Source of the DNA: Minisyncoccia bacterium
GTDB taxonomy: Bacteria; Patescibacteriota; Minisyncoccia; Phycocordibacterales; GWA1-40-21
DNA: 63,402 nt
Assembly (NCBI GenBank): GCA_049695975.1
Contig: JBAVTE010000024.1
Location: 1 to 63,402 of the forward strand
Direction of reading: 5' to 3'
The notes under the pieces are model-generated. The model made no database searches. It was not told the origin of the DNA and saw nothing but the letters and a program-made list of their open reading frames with translations. This document shows positions 6,018-15,700 of the stretch, piece after piece. Position 1 is the stretch's first letter. Each line of letters opens with the position of its first letter. Both the position numbers and the translations under genes were made by a program.

Positions 6018-7094
6018 ATGAAAAAGGTAGAAAAGAAATCATTAAATAGCAACCTACATAAGGCAAATAAGGAGAAGAACGATGAGTTTTATACTCAACT
6101 TGTTGATATTGAAAAAGAATTAAAGCATTACAAGGAACAATTTCGTGAAAAGGTAGTTTATTGTAATTGTGATGACCCTTTTGAAAGTAATTTCTTTAAA
6201 TACTTTGCCTCAAATTTTAACGCTCTGGGTTTAAAGAGACTTATTGCGACAAGTTACAAACCATCACCAATTGCTAATACTCAACTTGGTTTATTTGGTG
6301 ACGATAAGTCTTTAAAACAAAATAAAGGCAGACCAAAAACAAACGCTAATAAATTCATTATCAATGAAGTTAAAGATATTGATGGTGATGGAGCTTTTGA
6401 TTTGCGGGATATTGCTAAACAACTCAAAGCGAATAAAAATAATGAATGGTCGCCAATGGAGGATGATGGGGACTTTAGAAGCCCAGAAAGTATAGAATTA
6501 CTTAAACAAGCGGATATTGTGGTGACAAATCCACCTTTCTCATTGTTTAGAGAATATGTTGCTCAGCTGGTTGAGTACAATAAAAAGTTTTTAATTTTAG
6601 GTGATCAAAATGCAGTAACTTATAAAGAAACTTTTGGCTTCATTAAAGAAAATAAACTATGGCATGGCTATGATAATGGCGGTACAAAATGGTTTCAGGT
6701 TCCTAATGATTATAATATTGAGACTGAATCAAGGATAAAAATTGAAAATGGTACAAAGTTTTTTAGTATGGGTAGAATTGTTTGGTATACAAATTTGGAT
6801 ACCACAAAACGTAATGAAAAAATAGTTTTGTATAAAAAATACACACCAAAAGAATTTCCTAAATATGATAACTATGACGTTATAAATGTTGATAAAGTAG
6901 CTGATATTCCAATGGACTATAAGGGTGTGATGGGTGTACCAATTACTTTTGTTGATAAATACAATCCTACACAGTTTGAAATATTGGGTATTGCTAATTC
7001 TGCAAGATGGATTGGTTATGAATGCTTTACTTTACTTAAGAGTGTAAAAATATATAATCGAATTTTAATTAAAAACGTAAAGCCACAAAAGTAA
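6018..7094 (+). CDS. Amino-DNA methyltransferase (N6-adenine type, EcoRI-methylase-like)
   Basis: DIVVTNPPFSLF is motif IV (NPPF). The overall length and layout resemble stand-alone adenine MTases. Confidence 0.7.
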   Translation: MKKVEKKSLNSNLHKANKEKNDEFYTQLVDIEKELKHYKEQFREKVVYCNCDDPFESNFFKYFASNFNALGLKRLIATSYKPSPIANTQLGLFGDDKSLKQNKGRPKTNANKFIINEVKDIDGDGAFDLRDIAKQLKANKNNEWSPMEDDGDFRSPESIELLKQADIVVTNPPFSLFREYVAQLVEYNKKFLILGDQNAVTYKETFGFIKENKLWHGYDNGGTKWFQVPNDYNIETESRIKIENGTKFFSMGRIVWYTNLDTTKRNEKIVLYKKYTPKEFPKYDNYDVINVDKVADIPMDYKGVMGVPITFVDKYNPTQFEILGIANSARWIGYECFTLLKSVKIYNRILIKNVKPQK

Positions 7095-7098
7095 TTTT

Positions 7099-7617
7099 AT
7101 GACCTTCGATCAATATTTAAACATTGGTAGTATACTTGTTTCTGTTGTAATTGCATGCATAACCTTTCATATTTCGAAAAGTTTGTCTGCGAAAGATAAA
7201 TATAATCACGAAATAGAAATAAGTAAAATGCTAAGAGATATTCCTATTTATAGTGAAGTGATTTTAGCAGATGTTTCAAGGTATAAACCATCAAGGACAG
7301 ATGAATACAATAAAACATATTACAAGCAAAGAGCGGAATTATACACTGTAATTCCTGAATTCGGGGCGCAGTTTATTTTAATACCCGAAACAATAGATAA
7401 AATTCCGGTAGGTGTGATTCCGTTTGAATGGATAGAATACATTAGAGACTATGATAGCGAGGATAATAAGTACATAATCGTTTGCAGATTTAAAGGTATA
7501 AAGTATTATAAAGGTTTCAAATCACCATTCAGGGAAATAAATTCAATTTATGAAAATAAAAATTATAAAGAAGGCGATCCAAAATTTTTAAAATATACAG
7601 GTATAAAAAATAATTAA
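7099..7617 (+). CDS. Hypothetical protein with a single N-terminal TM helix
   Basis: ORF tightly packed between the MTase (4-nt gap) and the DUF262-HNH gene (1-nt gap). Confidence 0.5.
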   Translation: MTFDQYLNIGSILVSVVIACITFHISKSLSAKDKYNHEIEISKMLRDIPIYSEVILADVSRYKPSRTDEYNKTYYKQRAELYTVIPEFGAQFILIPETIDKIPVGVIPFEWIEYIRDYDSEDNKYIIVCRFKGIKYYKGFKSPFREINSIYENKNYKEGDPKFLKYTGIKNN

Positions 7618-7618
7618 T

Positions 7619-8725
7619 ATGAAAATAGATTTACATAAAATAAAGGTAGTAGATGTTGTAAAAAATTACAAAGACAGTGCTGAAGAAGGGGTTACTGCTT
7701 TTGGTGGAAAATTAGATATTCGTCCAAAATATCAAAGAGAGTTTGTTTATAAATCAGAACAACGTAACGCGGTAATAAATACGGTTCAAAATCAATTTCC
7801 GCTTAATGTAATGTATTGGATAGAAAATAGTGCTGGTAATTATGAATTACTCGACGGCCAGCAACGCACATTAAGTATTTGTCAGTATTTCAATGGTGAT
7901 TATTCAATAAATGATCGATATTTTCATAATCTAACCAAAGAGGAAAAAGATCAGATACTTAATTATGAGTTGATGATTTATTTTTGTGATGGAACTGATA
8001 AAGAGCGTATTAAATGGTTTGAGATTATAAATACCGCTGGTGAAAAACTGACTGCTCAAGAGTTGCTTAACGCTGTTTATACTGGTCCATGGCTTTCGGA
8101 CGCAAAACTCAAATTTAGCAAGTCAAACTGCGCGGCTTATCTCTTGGCAAATGACGGAGGTCAGTTGGTTATTGGTTCACCAATCAGACAGGAATATCTG
8201 GAGACAGCACTTTCTTGGATAAATAATGGGAGTATTGCTGACTATATGGCAAAACATCAACATGATAAAAATGCGAATGAATTGTGGCAGTATTTTCAGG
8301 AGACCATCTCCTGGGTGCGAAAGACTTTTCCGGAATATCGAAGAGAAATGGTGAATGTAAATTGGGGCGAACTTTACAACGAATTTAAAGACAAGAAGCT
8401 GAACACTGGAAAATTAGAGACCGAAATTAAGGAGTTAATGCAAGATGAAGATGTAACCAAAAAATCTGGTATTTATCCATATGTTTTAACTAGGAATGAA
8501 AAATATTTAAATATTCGTGCTTTTACAGATAAACAGAAGAGGGAGGTATACGAAAAACAAAAAGGTATTTGTCCGCATTGTAAAGGTGAAAATAAGAAAA
8601 AGAAATGGGAAATTGATGAAATGGAAGTCGACCATGTAACACCTTGGCATGAAGGTGGAAAAACCGTCTCAAAAAATTGCCAGATGTTGTGTAAGGAAGA
8701 TAATCGGACTAAATCTGGGAAATAA
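7619..8725 (+). CDS. DUF262 (GmrSD N-domain, ParB-like) fused to an HNH endonuclease
   Basis: LLDGQQRT motif near the N-terminus. The C-terminus has CPHCKG...VDHVTPWHEGGKTVSKNCQMLCKEDNRTK, an HNH motif. Confidence 0.75.
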   Translation: MKIDLHKIKVVDVVKNYKDSAEEGVTAFGGKLDIRPKYQREFVYKSEQRNAVINTVQNQFPLNVMYWIENSAGNYELLDGQQRTLSICQYFNGDYSINDRYFHNLTKEEKDQILNYELMIYFCDGTDKERIKWFEIINTAGEKLTAQELLNAVYTGPWLSDAKLKFSKSNCAAYLLANDGGQLVIGSPIRQEYLETALSWINNGSIADYMAKHQHDKNANELWQYFQETISWVRKTFPEYRREMVNVNWGELYNEFKDKKLNTGKLETEIKELMQDEDVTKKSGIYPYVLTRNEKYLNIRAFTDKQKREVYEKQKGICPHCKGENKKKKWEIDEMEVDHVTPWHEGGKTVSKNCQMLCKEDNRTKSGK

Positions 8726-8751
8726 AATACTGTGATTGATAATACAAAAAT

Positions 8752-9330
8752 ATGACTACTGAAGAACAAATAAAAAAATATGAAGAAAAATATGAAGAGG
8801 CAATAAATCATAGTGATGAATTATTAAAATTTGATTTATCTGTTGATATACTAAATATAAAAGAAAAGCCACCAGTTTTTTATCAAAATGACTGTAATAA
8901 AATTACTAATAGGGCAATAAATTCTGCCAGATTATATATAGATGAACTTATTAACATTAATAAATTTAAAGAAGCAGGAAAATTTTGTAACGATGCAAAG
9001 ATTAAACTTCAAACACTAGATTTATTAATGCCATATAAGAATAGTATTATTATAGATACAGAAAATTTTTTTGAGACCTATCAATATAGAATAATTGATA
9101 GGCAGTATATTCATGACGCTAAAAGTAAAATAGAGGAAATAGAGAAAAAATCAGAAAATAAAATATTTGAGATTTTAACAATTTTTGTAACTATTATTTC
9201 AGTTATATTTGCCTTTGTTAATGGTGGATCTGTAAAAGTATTTTCTTTTAGAGTACCAGCTTTTGTTTTATTGGCCCTAACTATTATTTTTAGCTGGTGG
9301 ATAATTAAAAAGATAAATTCTAATAAATAG
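8752..9330 (+). CDS. Hypothetical coiled-coil protein with two C-terminal TM helices
   Basis: Last ORF of the MTase operon. No family recognised. Confidence 0.45.
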   Translation: MTTEEQIKKYEEKYEEAINHSDELLKFDLSVDILNIKEKPPVFYQNDCNKITNRAINSARLYIDELININKFKEAGKFCNDAKIKLQTLDLLMPYKNSIIIDTENFFETYQYRIIDRQYIHDAKSKIEEIEKKSENKIFEILTIFVTIISVIFAFVNGGSVKVFSFRVPAFVLLALTIIFSWWIIKKINSNK

Positions 9331-9406
9331 TATTACGATTTTCGCTGAATTTAAAAAGAAAAATAAAAACCCGTGTTATTTACGGATTTTTATTTAATAT
9401 TCTTTT

Positions 9407-9574
9407 TTATTTATTTTTTCTAACACCTTTGAACGGTTTATTGTTATCTTTTTGATCGATAAATTTTCCTTCTTCGTTTCTTTTAACCCAGCGATCATTA
9501 TGCGGATTATATACTTGATCTCTATCTTTCACTGCTCCTACTCTGCCAGCTCCTTTCGGTGGATTTGTTGCCAT
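9407..9574 (-). CDS. Small basic hypothetical protein (55 aa, MATNPPKGAGRVGAVKDRDQVYNPHNDRWVKRNEEGKF...PFKGVRKNK)
   Basis: Translated by hand; it is below the ORF-track cutoff. It recalls small proteins I have seen near TA/XRE loci, but that is unverified. Confidence 0.35.
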   Translation of the reverse strand: MATNPPKGAGRVGAVKDRDQVYNPHNDRWVKRNEEGKFIDQKDNNKPFKGVRKNK

Positions 9575-9673
9575 GAGATTATTTAATTATTTTCTAATAA
9601 AATCAGCTCGACTATACTGATAGCTATATTTTACGCCCTGTATTTATGATGTCAATTTATCAACATAAATTGC

Positions 9674-9702
9674 TTGACTTTTTTACATGGTTTGCATATA
9701 CT
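9674..9702 (+). promoter_or_regulatory. Sigma70-type promoter (TTGACT-17 nt-TATACT), with the ATG at 9710 7 nt downstream (leaderless)
   Basis: -35 at 9674-9679 and -10 at 9697-9702. Confidence 0.6.
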
Positions 9703-9709
9703 TAGTCGT

Positions 9710-10408
9710 ATGAGTACGATTAAGTATATGCAAAAAATAAAAGAGTTGCGAATTAAAAAAGGTTTTAGTCAAGAGCAAATTGCTCAAGTAATAGGGGTTT
9801 CAAGACCAACATATACGTCTATTGAAGCTGGAAAACAAAAATTAGATTTAGATGAAGCGCAAAAACTTGCTACATTTTTTAGTATTGATGTTGACGCTCT
9901 TTTGACTGGTACTATTCCTGATATTGATAAGTACAAGCACATGATACTAACTTTTTTGAGATTGAATATTTCTAAGGATGGTAAAATACCTAAAACTAAA
10001 CTTGCTAAACTGTTATATCTTACTGATTTTGCTTGGTTTTATGATCACTCCGAAAGTATGAGTGGCATGCCGTATAGGAAAATTGCTTTTGGTCCAGTAC
10101 CAGATAATTTTTTCCGCGCTTTGGATGAGTTAGAGGAATCTGGGAAAATAGTTATTGATCATGAAAATAATAATGGAAAGGAGATGTTTTTGATTAGTGA
10201 ATCTAAAAGTAATATAAACGAAAAGATAATAACAATCCTACCTGAGGAGAAGACTTTAATGGAAAGGATTGCTAAGAAATGGAAGGATAAGAAGACTAGT
10301 GAGATAGTTAATTTTACGCACAATCAATTGCCATACACCCTTTGTCGACAGGATGAGATTATTCCATATGAACTTATAACACAAGAAGACCCTGAAATGG
10401 TGTTCTAA
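9710..10408 (+). CDS. XRE-family HTH fused to a DUF4065/SocA-like (Panacea) antitoxin domain
   Basis: IKELRIKKGFSQEQIAQVIGVSRPTYTSIEAG is an XRE HTH. KTKLAKLLYLTDFAWF and the downstream region resemble the Panacea domain. The start was moved to the ATG after the promoter. Confidence 0.65.
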   Translation: MSTIKYMQKIKELRIKKGFSQEQIAQVIGVSRPTYTSIEAGKQKLDLDEAQKLATFFSIDVDALLTGTIPDIDKYKHMILTFLRLNISKDGKIPKTKLAKLLYLTDFAWFYDHSESMSGMPYRKIAFGPVPDNFFRALDELEESGKIVIDHENNNGKEMFLISESKSNINEKIITILPEEKTLMERIAKKWKDKKTSEIVNFTHNQLPYTLCRQDEIIPYELITQEDPEMVF

Positions 10409-10413
10409 AAATT

Positions 10414-10806
10414 ATGCAGGGTAATTGTTCAGTTAAGATTGAAGAATTTGCAAAGCGGTATTATATAAAATGCTTTGAGAGAAAACACAAGTCTAATTGG
10501 GATGTCACCTTAAGGGCTATTATTGCTGGATTAGAGCGTATTGATAATCTCTTGCTTACAGATAAAGCAGAAACTATTTGTGATAATAATGGAATCCTAA
10601 TCATTAAGACTAAATTTAGGATTTCTGGCACGAAGGAATCAGCGAAGACTTCTGGTAATAGGTGTATTGTTGCTTGGTGTAAAGAAAAACAAACCGTGTC
10701 TGTATTATTGGTTTATGGCAAAACTGATTTGAGTGGACACAATGAAACATCGGAGTGGAAAAGAATAATTAAAGATAATTATATAGCGTATAAGAATATT
10801 TTGTAA
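10414..10806 (+). CDS. Putative toxin partner (RelE/ParE-like pattern KFRISGTKESAKTSGNRCIV...VLLVYGK)
   Basis: A 5-nt gap (10409-10413) separates it from the antitoxin stop. Its size and the K..SGNR.I...LLVY.K pattern recall RelE-superfamily toxins. Confidence 0.4.
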   Translation: MQGNCSVKIEEFAKRYYIKCFERKHKSNWDVTLRAIIAGLERIDNLLLTDKAETICDNNGILIIKTKFRISGTKESAKTSGNRCIVAWCKEKQTVSVLLVYGKTDLSGHNETSEWKRIIKDNYIAYKNIL

Positions 10807-10879
10807 TAAAATAAAAAAAGTCAGTCACCATTAATTTACAAAAAACGAAACTTCTTTAATAACATTTAAATTAAATAAC

Positions 10880-10999
10880 ATGTCCGAATTTTATAAATCA
10901 AACAGAACAAGAAATTTGTATGATCCTGAGAGTGAGGTGCCATTTAAACTTTCTCGTTCACCGATAGAGCTGAATAGGCGGGGAAAGTGGATTTTATAA
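10880..10999 (+). pseudogene. Relic of the N-terminus of a PD-(D/E)XK (Cas4/Dna2-like) nuclease gene
   Basis: The 39 codons MSEFYKSNRTRNLYDPESEVPFKLSRSPIELNRRGKWIL* include NLYDP..PFKLSRS.IE, the usual start of that family. The Cys-rich continuation is missing. Confidence 0.4.
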
Positions 11000-11078
11000 A
11001 CAATTTACATTACACTTGCAAATATAAACAAAATTGCACAATTCGTTTACATTGCTATTATTAATATAAACAAAATAT

Positions 11079-11519
11079 ATGAAAATTGAAGTGTCGAAAG
11101 AACAATTAAAGGAAATGATTCTTTCAGCGATGTTTTATTCGTGGGTTCGTGGCGGTTTGGCTGACCAAAAAGGGGAAGATTTTAACCAATATGAAAAATT
11201 AGAAAATTTTTTGCTTAAAATCGCCGACGAGAACGGTTTTTCGGATCTAGCGGAGAAATTTCACAATACTTTGGTACCAACAGACGAATTATCGGAATTA
11301 CTGGAGAATACAATGGAAGAACATGACGAAGATGTTTTTTGGCATGAATTAACCACTGCATTAGGCAAGCGTGATTTTTATCGCACTGTCACAAAAGAGG
11401 AGAAGAAAGAGATGGAAGAAAAGAATTGGCTTCCGGATAGAATTCATACCATATATAAAAAATATGAAGAAGAGTTTGAGAAACATGGAATTGATAGGTT
11501 GGATATAAAAGAAAAATAA
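11079..11519 (+). CDS. Acidic hypothetical protein
   Basis: 146-aa ORF with no family recognised. Confidence 0.45.
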   Translation: MKIEVSKEQLKEMILSAMFYSWVRGGLADQKGEDFNQYEKLENFLLKIADENGFSDLAEKFHNTLVPTDELSELLENTMEEHDEDVFWHELTTALGKRDFYRTVTKEEKKEMEEKNWLPDRIHTIYKKYEEEFEKHGIDRLDIKEK

Positions 11520-11694
11520 TTTATGAATAATGAAAAAATTTGAAATATGAAAAATATACTACTATTTTAATTCCAATTCTCGTCGTTGTATTGTTTGTGG
11601 GTGGTATTTCTGAATTTTTTTTGTCTTGCTTCGCACAGTAATAAAAAACAACTCGATTGAGCTGTTTTTTATTTTGGCGGAAGAAACGAGGAAA

Positions 11695-12756
11695 CTATTT
11701 GGCGTATTTGGAGTATCTGCCAAGTATTTTTGAAAATGCTTCAAGGGATGGGTACTTGTATTCATAGCCATATACCTTCGTGATTTTTGAACCGTCTACT
11801 GCGATAGGGTAGGAATATGATTTCCAGCCACCTTTTGATGTAGGAACTTTACCTCGACTTATATGCCAGAAAAAGAAAAATGCTGGGCGTATCATCCATG
11901 GGAATATTGTTATGCTTTTTTTGTTTACGGCCTTTGCCATATCTTTTCCGAGTACAGGATCCCCTGGTGGGCAAACATTAAAAACATTATAATCATTTTT
12001 CAATTCTGAAAAGGTCAAAAGAGAAACAATATCTACGATGTCGTCTTCATGAACAAATTGACGAAGCCATTTTGGTGTAATCGGCACAAAAGAAACCAAT
12101 TTTGAAATTATTTTATGTATAAAGTTTTCATTTAATTGACCAGAAAGAGCTGATTGTAAACCAAATCTTATTTTCATATATCTTCCTCTTGGTCCTGTAA
12201 TAGCTACAGGTCTCAATACCGCCACTTTTATATCTGCACCTTTCGATTTTGTTTCTTTGAACTTATTTTCCAAGTGCTCTTCACATATTCTCTTTTCTTC
12301 AGCATATAGATAGTCACTTTTTCTGAAAGGTTCTTCTTCTGTGAAGCGATGTTCTACGGTGTTTGTAGGGTATGCTGAGTATGAAGCAACTGTGGAAAAA
12401 TGAATAAGTTTTTTTACGCTACTATTTTCAAAAGCAAAGTCAAAAACATTATCAGAACCGCCAATATTCCATTTCCACTGTAAATCTTTTTGCCCGTACA
12501 TCTCTCTTATCTGCCAAGCACAATTTATGATGATATCTGGAGAGTATTCTCGGGCTTTTTTTTGCCAATCGTTATTTGATGAATTGGTTTGGATAAAAAC
12601 AACTTTATTTATATTTGGATTTTCTTTCAAAAAATCTGGCAATGGGTCTTTGTCTATTCCGATAATAATTTCAACATCATCTCTTCCAGAATAGATGTCG
12701 AGAAGCATTGCACCTACGTATCCAGATGCCCCCGTGATGAGTATTTTATGTTTCAT
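11695..12756 (-). CDS. NAD-dependent epimerase/dehydratase family protein
   Basis: N-terminal [14 protein letters not shown] Rossmann motif and an SDR-extended layout. Confidence 0.75.
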   Translation of the reverse strand: MKHKILITGASGYVGAMLLDIYSGRDDVEIIIGIDKDPLPDFLKENPNINKVVFIQTNSSNNDWQKKAREYSPDIIINCAWQIREMYGQKDLQWKWNIGGSDNVFDFAFENSSVKKLIHFSTVASYSAYPTNTVEHRFTEEEPFRKSDYLYAEEKRICEEHLENKFKETKSKGADIKVAVLRPVAITGPRGRYMKIRFGLQSALSGQLNENFIHKIISKLVSFVPITPKWLRQFVHEDDIVDIVSLLTFSELKNDYNVFNVCPPGDPVLGKDMAKAVNKKSITIFPWMIRPAFFFFWHISRGKVPTSKGGWKSYSYPIAVDGSKITKVYGYEYKYPSLEAFSKILGRYSKYAK

Positions 12757-12782
12757 AACAAAGATAATAGCATTTTATCCGA

Positions 12783-14096
12783 CTACATTCCACTTCTTAA
12801 AAGTAGGGTTTTTATTGTTCTAAAAAAAATTTTTAAATCAATCATTACCCCTCTGTTTTTGATATAAAACATATCATAAGCAAATCTGTCGCGTGTCTCT
12901 TCTACAGATTGTGGTGGTTTTTCTTGATTTATTTGTGCCCAGCCGGTCAGTCCTGGCTTCACAATATATCTAAATTTGTAGTAGGGTATGCTTTCTATCA
13001 GTACATCAACAAGCCCCACAATATCTGTGCGCGGGCCAATGAGAGAAATATCACCAATAAGGACATTCCATAATTGGGGAATTTCATCTATGCGTGTTTT
13101 TCTAAGATAGTATCCTATTTTTGTAACCTTATTTACGGAGTCTTTTAGCCAGACACCTTTATCGTTTGTTTGCATTGTTCGAAACTTATACAATTTAATT
13201 ATGTTGCCATTTAGTCCAATTCTATCTTGTGAAATAAATACCGGACCTCCGTCTTCAAGTTTAATCGCAAGATAGACAAAAGGATAAAAAATCAAAGTTA
13301 TTATTCCTATAACAAGAGACCAGAAAATGTCGGATGTTTTTTTCAAAAAATCATATATCCTTCTTGATAATGAAGAAATATTTTCTATAAACCATGCATA
13401 ATTAATGATGGTGATAGGAATTTTTTGAAAGATATCTTCATAGATATCTTCAAGACTGATAAAAGAGTATCCAGCAAAGAAACCATCGCAAAGAATCGGA
13501 ATTATTTTTTTGATAATAGGGTCATCGAAATCAGCGATGATTACTTTTGCTCCGCTTTCCTTAATTTTACTTAAAAGATTTTCTGTATCATTTATTTTGG
13601 AAACAAAAGAAAAGCCAAGTACAGGATTATCTTTAACCAAATTGAAAACCTCGTCGATTTCCTTTCCTGTACCAATAATAATAGCTTTCTGTACTACTGA
13701 TTTTGAAAACCAAAAGTAGAGATATGTACGCCATATAAAAGTAACAATGAACAAAAGAAAAATAAATAAAAATAGATTTGTTTTAGGGAATATACCTAGA
13801 TTTGGTAAAAAGTAAAATATTAATACTGAAAAAAACAAATTTACAAACATTGTCCATCCTAAGGCTCCAGAAATTTTTGTTCGAAAGGCAATAAGCTTAT
13901 TATCATAGAGCCCTGCAATATACATTGAAATCGCCCAAAAAATGAATATAATAGAGAAAGGGTATAAGTGAGACTGGATTATACTAGTATCTAATGATGA
14001 ACCATATCTGAAAGTCAAAATTACAAGGAGGGTTCCAAAAAACAAGATTGAGTCAACAGTAAAAATACTTACATATCTCACTTTATTCATACCCAT
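12783..14096 (-). CDS. Polyprenyl-phosphate sugar-phosphate transferase (WbaP/EpsB-type bacterial sugar transferase)
   Basis: Multi-TM N-terminus. The C-terminus has DEIPQLWNVLIGDISLIGPR and GLTGWAQIN. Confidence 0.8.
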   Translation of the reverse strand: MGMNKVRYVSIFTVDSILFFGTLLVILTFRYGSSLDTSIIQSHLYPFSIIFIFWAISMYIAGLYDNKLIAFRTKISGALGWTMFVNLFFSVLIFYFLPNLGIFPKTNLFLFIFLLFIVTFIWRTYLYFWFSKSVVQKAIIIGTGKEIDEVFNLVKDNPVLGFSFVSKINDTENLLSKIKESGAKVIIADFDDPIIKKIIPILCDGFFAGYSFISLEDIYEDIFQKIPITIINYAWFIENISSLSRRIYDFLKKTSDIFWSLVIGIITLIFYPFVYLAIKLEDGGPVFISQDRIGLNGNIIKLYKFRTMQTNDKGVWLKDSVNKVTKIGYYLRKTRIDEIPQLWNVLIGDISLIGPRTDIVGLVDVLIESIPYYKFRYIVKPGLTGWAQINQEKPPQSVEETRDRFAYDMFYIKNRGVMIDLKIFFRTIKTLLLRSGM

Positions 14097-14104
14097 ATAT
14101 AACC

Positions 14105-15241
14105 ATGTTTCGAGAAAAAAATAAAGTCCTTATAGGAGTTACCAAATCAAATTGGGGAGGAGCCCAAAGGTATGTTTTTGATACTGCTAGTTCTATTAAA
14201 GGTCAATATGATGTTCTGGTAATGTTTGGTGGAGATGGTTTGCTTAAAGATAGGCTAGAAAAGACTGGAATAAAGACAGAACAGATTGATTTGGGTAATA
14301 AGATAAATGTATTTAAAAATATTGCAGAGTTTTTTGAAATATTTAAAATAATTAAAAAAAATAATCCAGATATTTTGCATCTTAATAGTTCAAAGATGGG
14401 TATTATGGGATCATTTGCTGGTAGGATTTGCAATATTTTTTTTAAGCGAAAAATAAAAATAGTTTTTACCGTTCACGGCTGGGCATTCAATGAAGATAGG
14501 GGTCAAATTTCAAAAATAATATTAAAGATAGCATATTGGAAAGCAATATTGATGAGTCACAAGACAACCTGTGTCTCATATGCTACTAAAAGGCAGGTTG
14601 AAAATTGGCCTTTTATAAAAAATAAACTAGAAGTGATCCACAATGGTATTTCCAGCCTTGATTTTTTGGATAAAACCTCTGCAAGGATTTTTCTGGATTC
14701 ACAGAAAAAATATACAAATAAAATATGGCTTGGTACTGCGAGCGAACTTCATCCTATCAAGAGACAAGAGGATGTTGTTAGGGCCCTTGCCGACATAAAA
14801 CAGGATTTTATATTTTTTATTATTGGAGATGGTAAAAGGAAGGATTATTTACAAAAATTGATAAATTCTCTTGGGATGCAGGATAAAGTTATATTATATG
14901 GATATCTGGAAGATGCTTCAAAATACCTAAAAGCGTTTGATATATTTATTCTTACTTCAAAGTCTGAGGCCATGCCTTATGCCATACTTGAAGCTGGAAA
15001 AGCTGAATCATCAGTAATAGCAAGCAGCGTTGGTGGTATACCAGAAGTAATAGAAAACGGGGAAAATGGAATTTTGGTGAAAACGGGGAATATTAAAGAA
15101 ATATCAAATGCAATTAATTATTTAATAGAGAATAGAGATAAATCGTTCCAGTTGGCAAAAAATTTAAAAACGAAAGTTGATAGTGATTTTACTATCAAAG
15201 AAATGATAGAAAAAACTATCAAGATTTATTTAACTGTGTGA
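14105..15241 (+). CDS. Glycosyltransferase family 4 (GT-B)
   Basis: C-terminal TSKSEAMPYAILEAGKAESSVIASSVGGIPEVIENGENGILV is the E-x7-E region. Confidence 0.75.
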   Translation: MFREKNKVLIGVTKSNWGGAQRYVFDTASSIKGQYDVLVMFGGDGLLKDRLEKTGIKTEQIDLGNKINVFKNIAEFFEIFKIIKKNNPDILHLNSSKMGIMGSFAGRICNIFFKRKIKIVFTVHGWAFNEDRGQISKIILKIAYWKAILMSHKTTCVSYATKRQVENWPFIKNKLEVIHNGISSLDFLDKTSARIFLDSQKKYTNKIWLGTASELHPIKRQEDVVRALADIKQDFIFFIIGDGKRKDYLQKLINSLGMQDKVILYGYLEDASKYLKAFDIFILTSKSEAMPYAILEAGKAESSVIASSVGGIPEVIENGENGILVKTGNIKEISNAINYLIENRDKSFQLAKNLKTKVDSDFTIKEMIEKTIKIYLTV

Positions 15242-15390
15242 AAACTAAAAAGCGGATTTTCTTTTCTTCAAAAATATATCTCGAAAGACACAAAAATTCT
15301 TTGCTAAGAATTTTTTATGTACGGCACCAGTCGCGCCTACCAATGTCTTTCTCAATACATTTTTTCCGAAAAGAAAATCCGCTTCCTAAT

Positions 15391-15615
15391 CTATTTAATT
15401 TCAGTCTTTTCTCTTTTTTCTGATATTTTAATGTAGATATAGTAGATTATTTCACCGATAGATAATGTATTTACGACGAGAAAAATTACAAACCAAAAAG
15501 CATTGTTTCTTTTGGCGGATATCCATAAAGCAAGCCCTTTCCAAACTATCAGCCATGATAGAACTATAAGAAAGATAATTGGGTGTAATTTTACAAATTC
15601 AATGATGTTTATCAT
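15391..15615 (-). CDS. Small two-TM membrane protein
   Basis: 74-aa hydrophobic ORF. Confidence 0.45.
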   Translation of the reverse strand: MINIIEFVKLHPIIFLIVLSWLIVWKGLALWISAKRNNAFWFVIFLVVNTLSIGEIIYYIYIKISEKREKTEIK

Positions 15616-15700
15616 AAGTTGTTTTATTATTTTTATTAAACCTTTACGTTTAAATTATAATATTGATTGATTATTTTTGCAACAAGTGTAGAATGAGGCC

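Noticed and set aside
11031-11076. Direct repeats AATATAAACAAAAT (x2) and TTTACATT (x2) upstream of ORF 11079
   Set aside because: These are short A+T-rich repeats in an A+T-rich intergenic region. They could be an operator but are not distinguishable from chance by eye.
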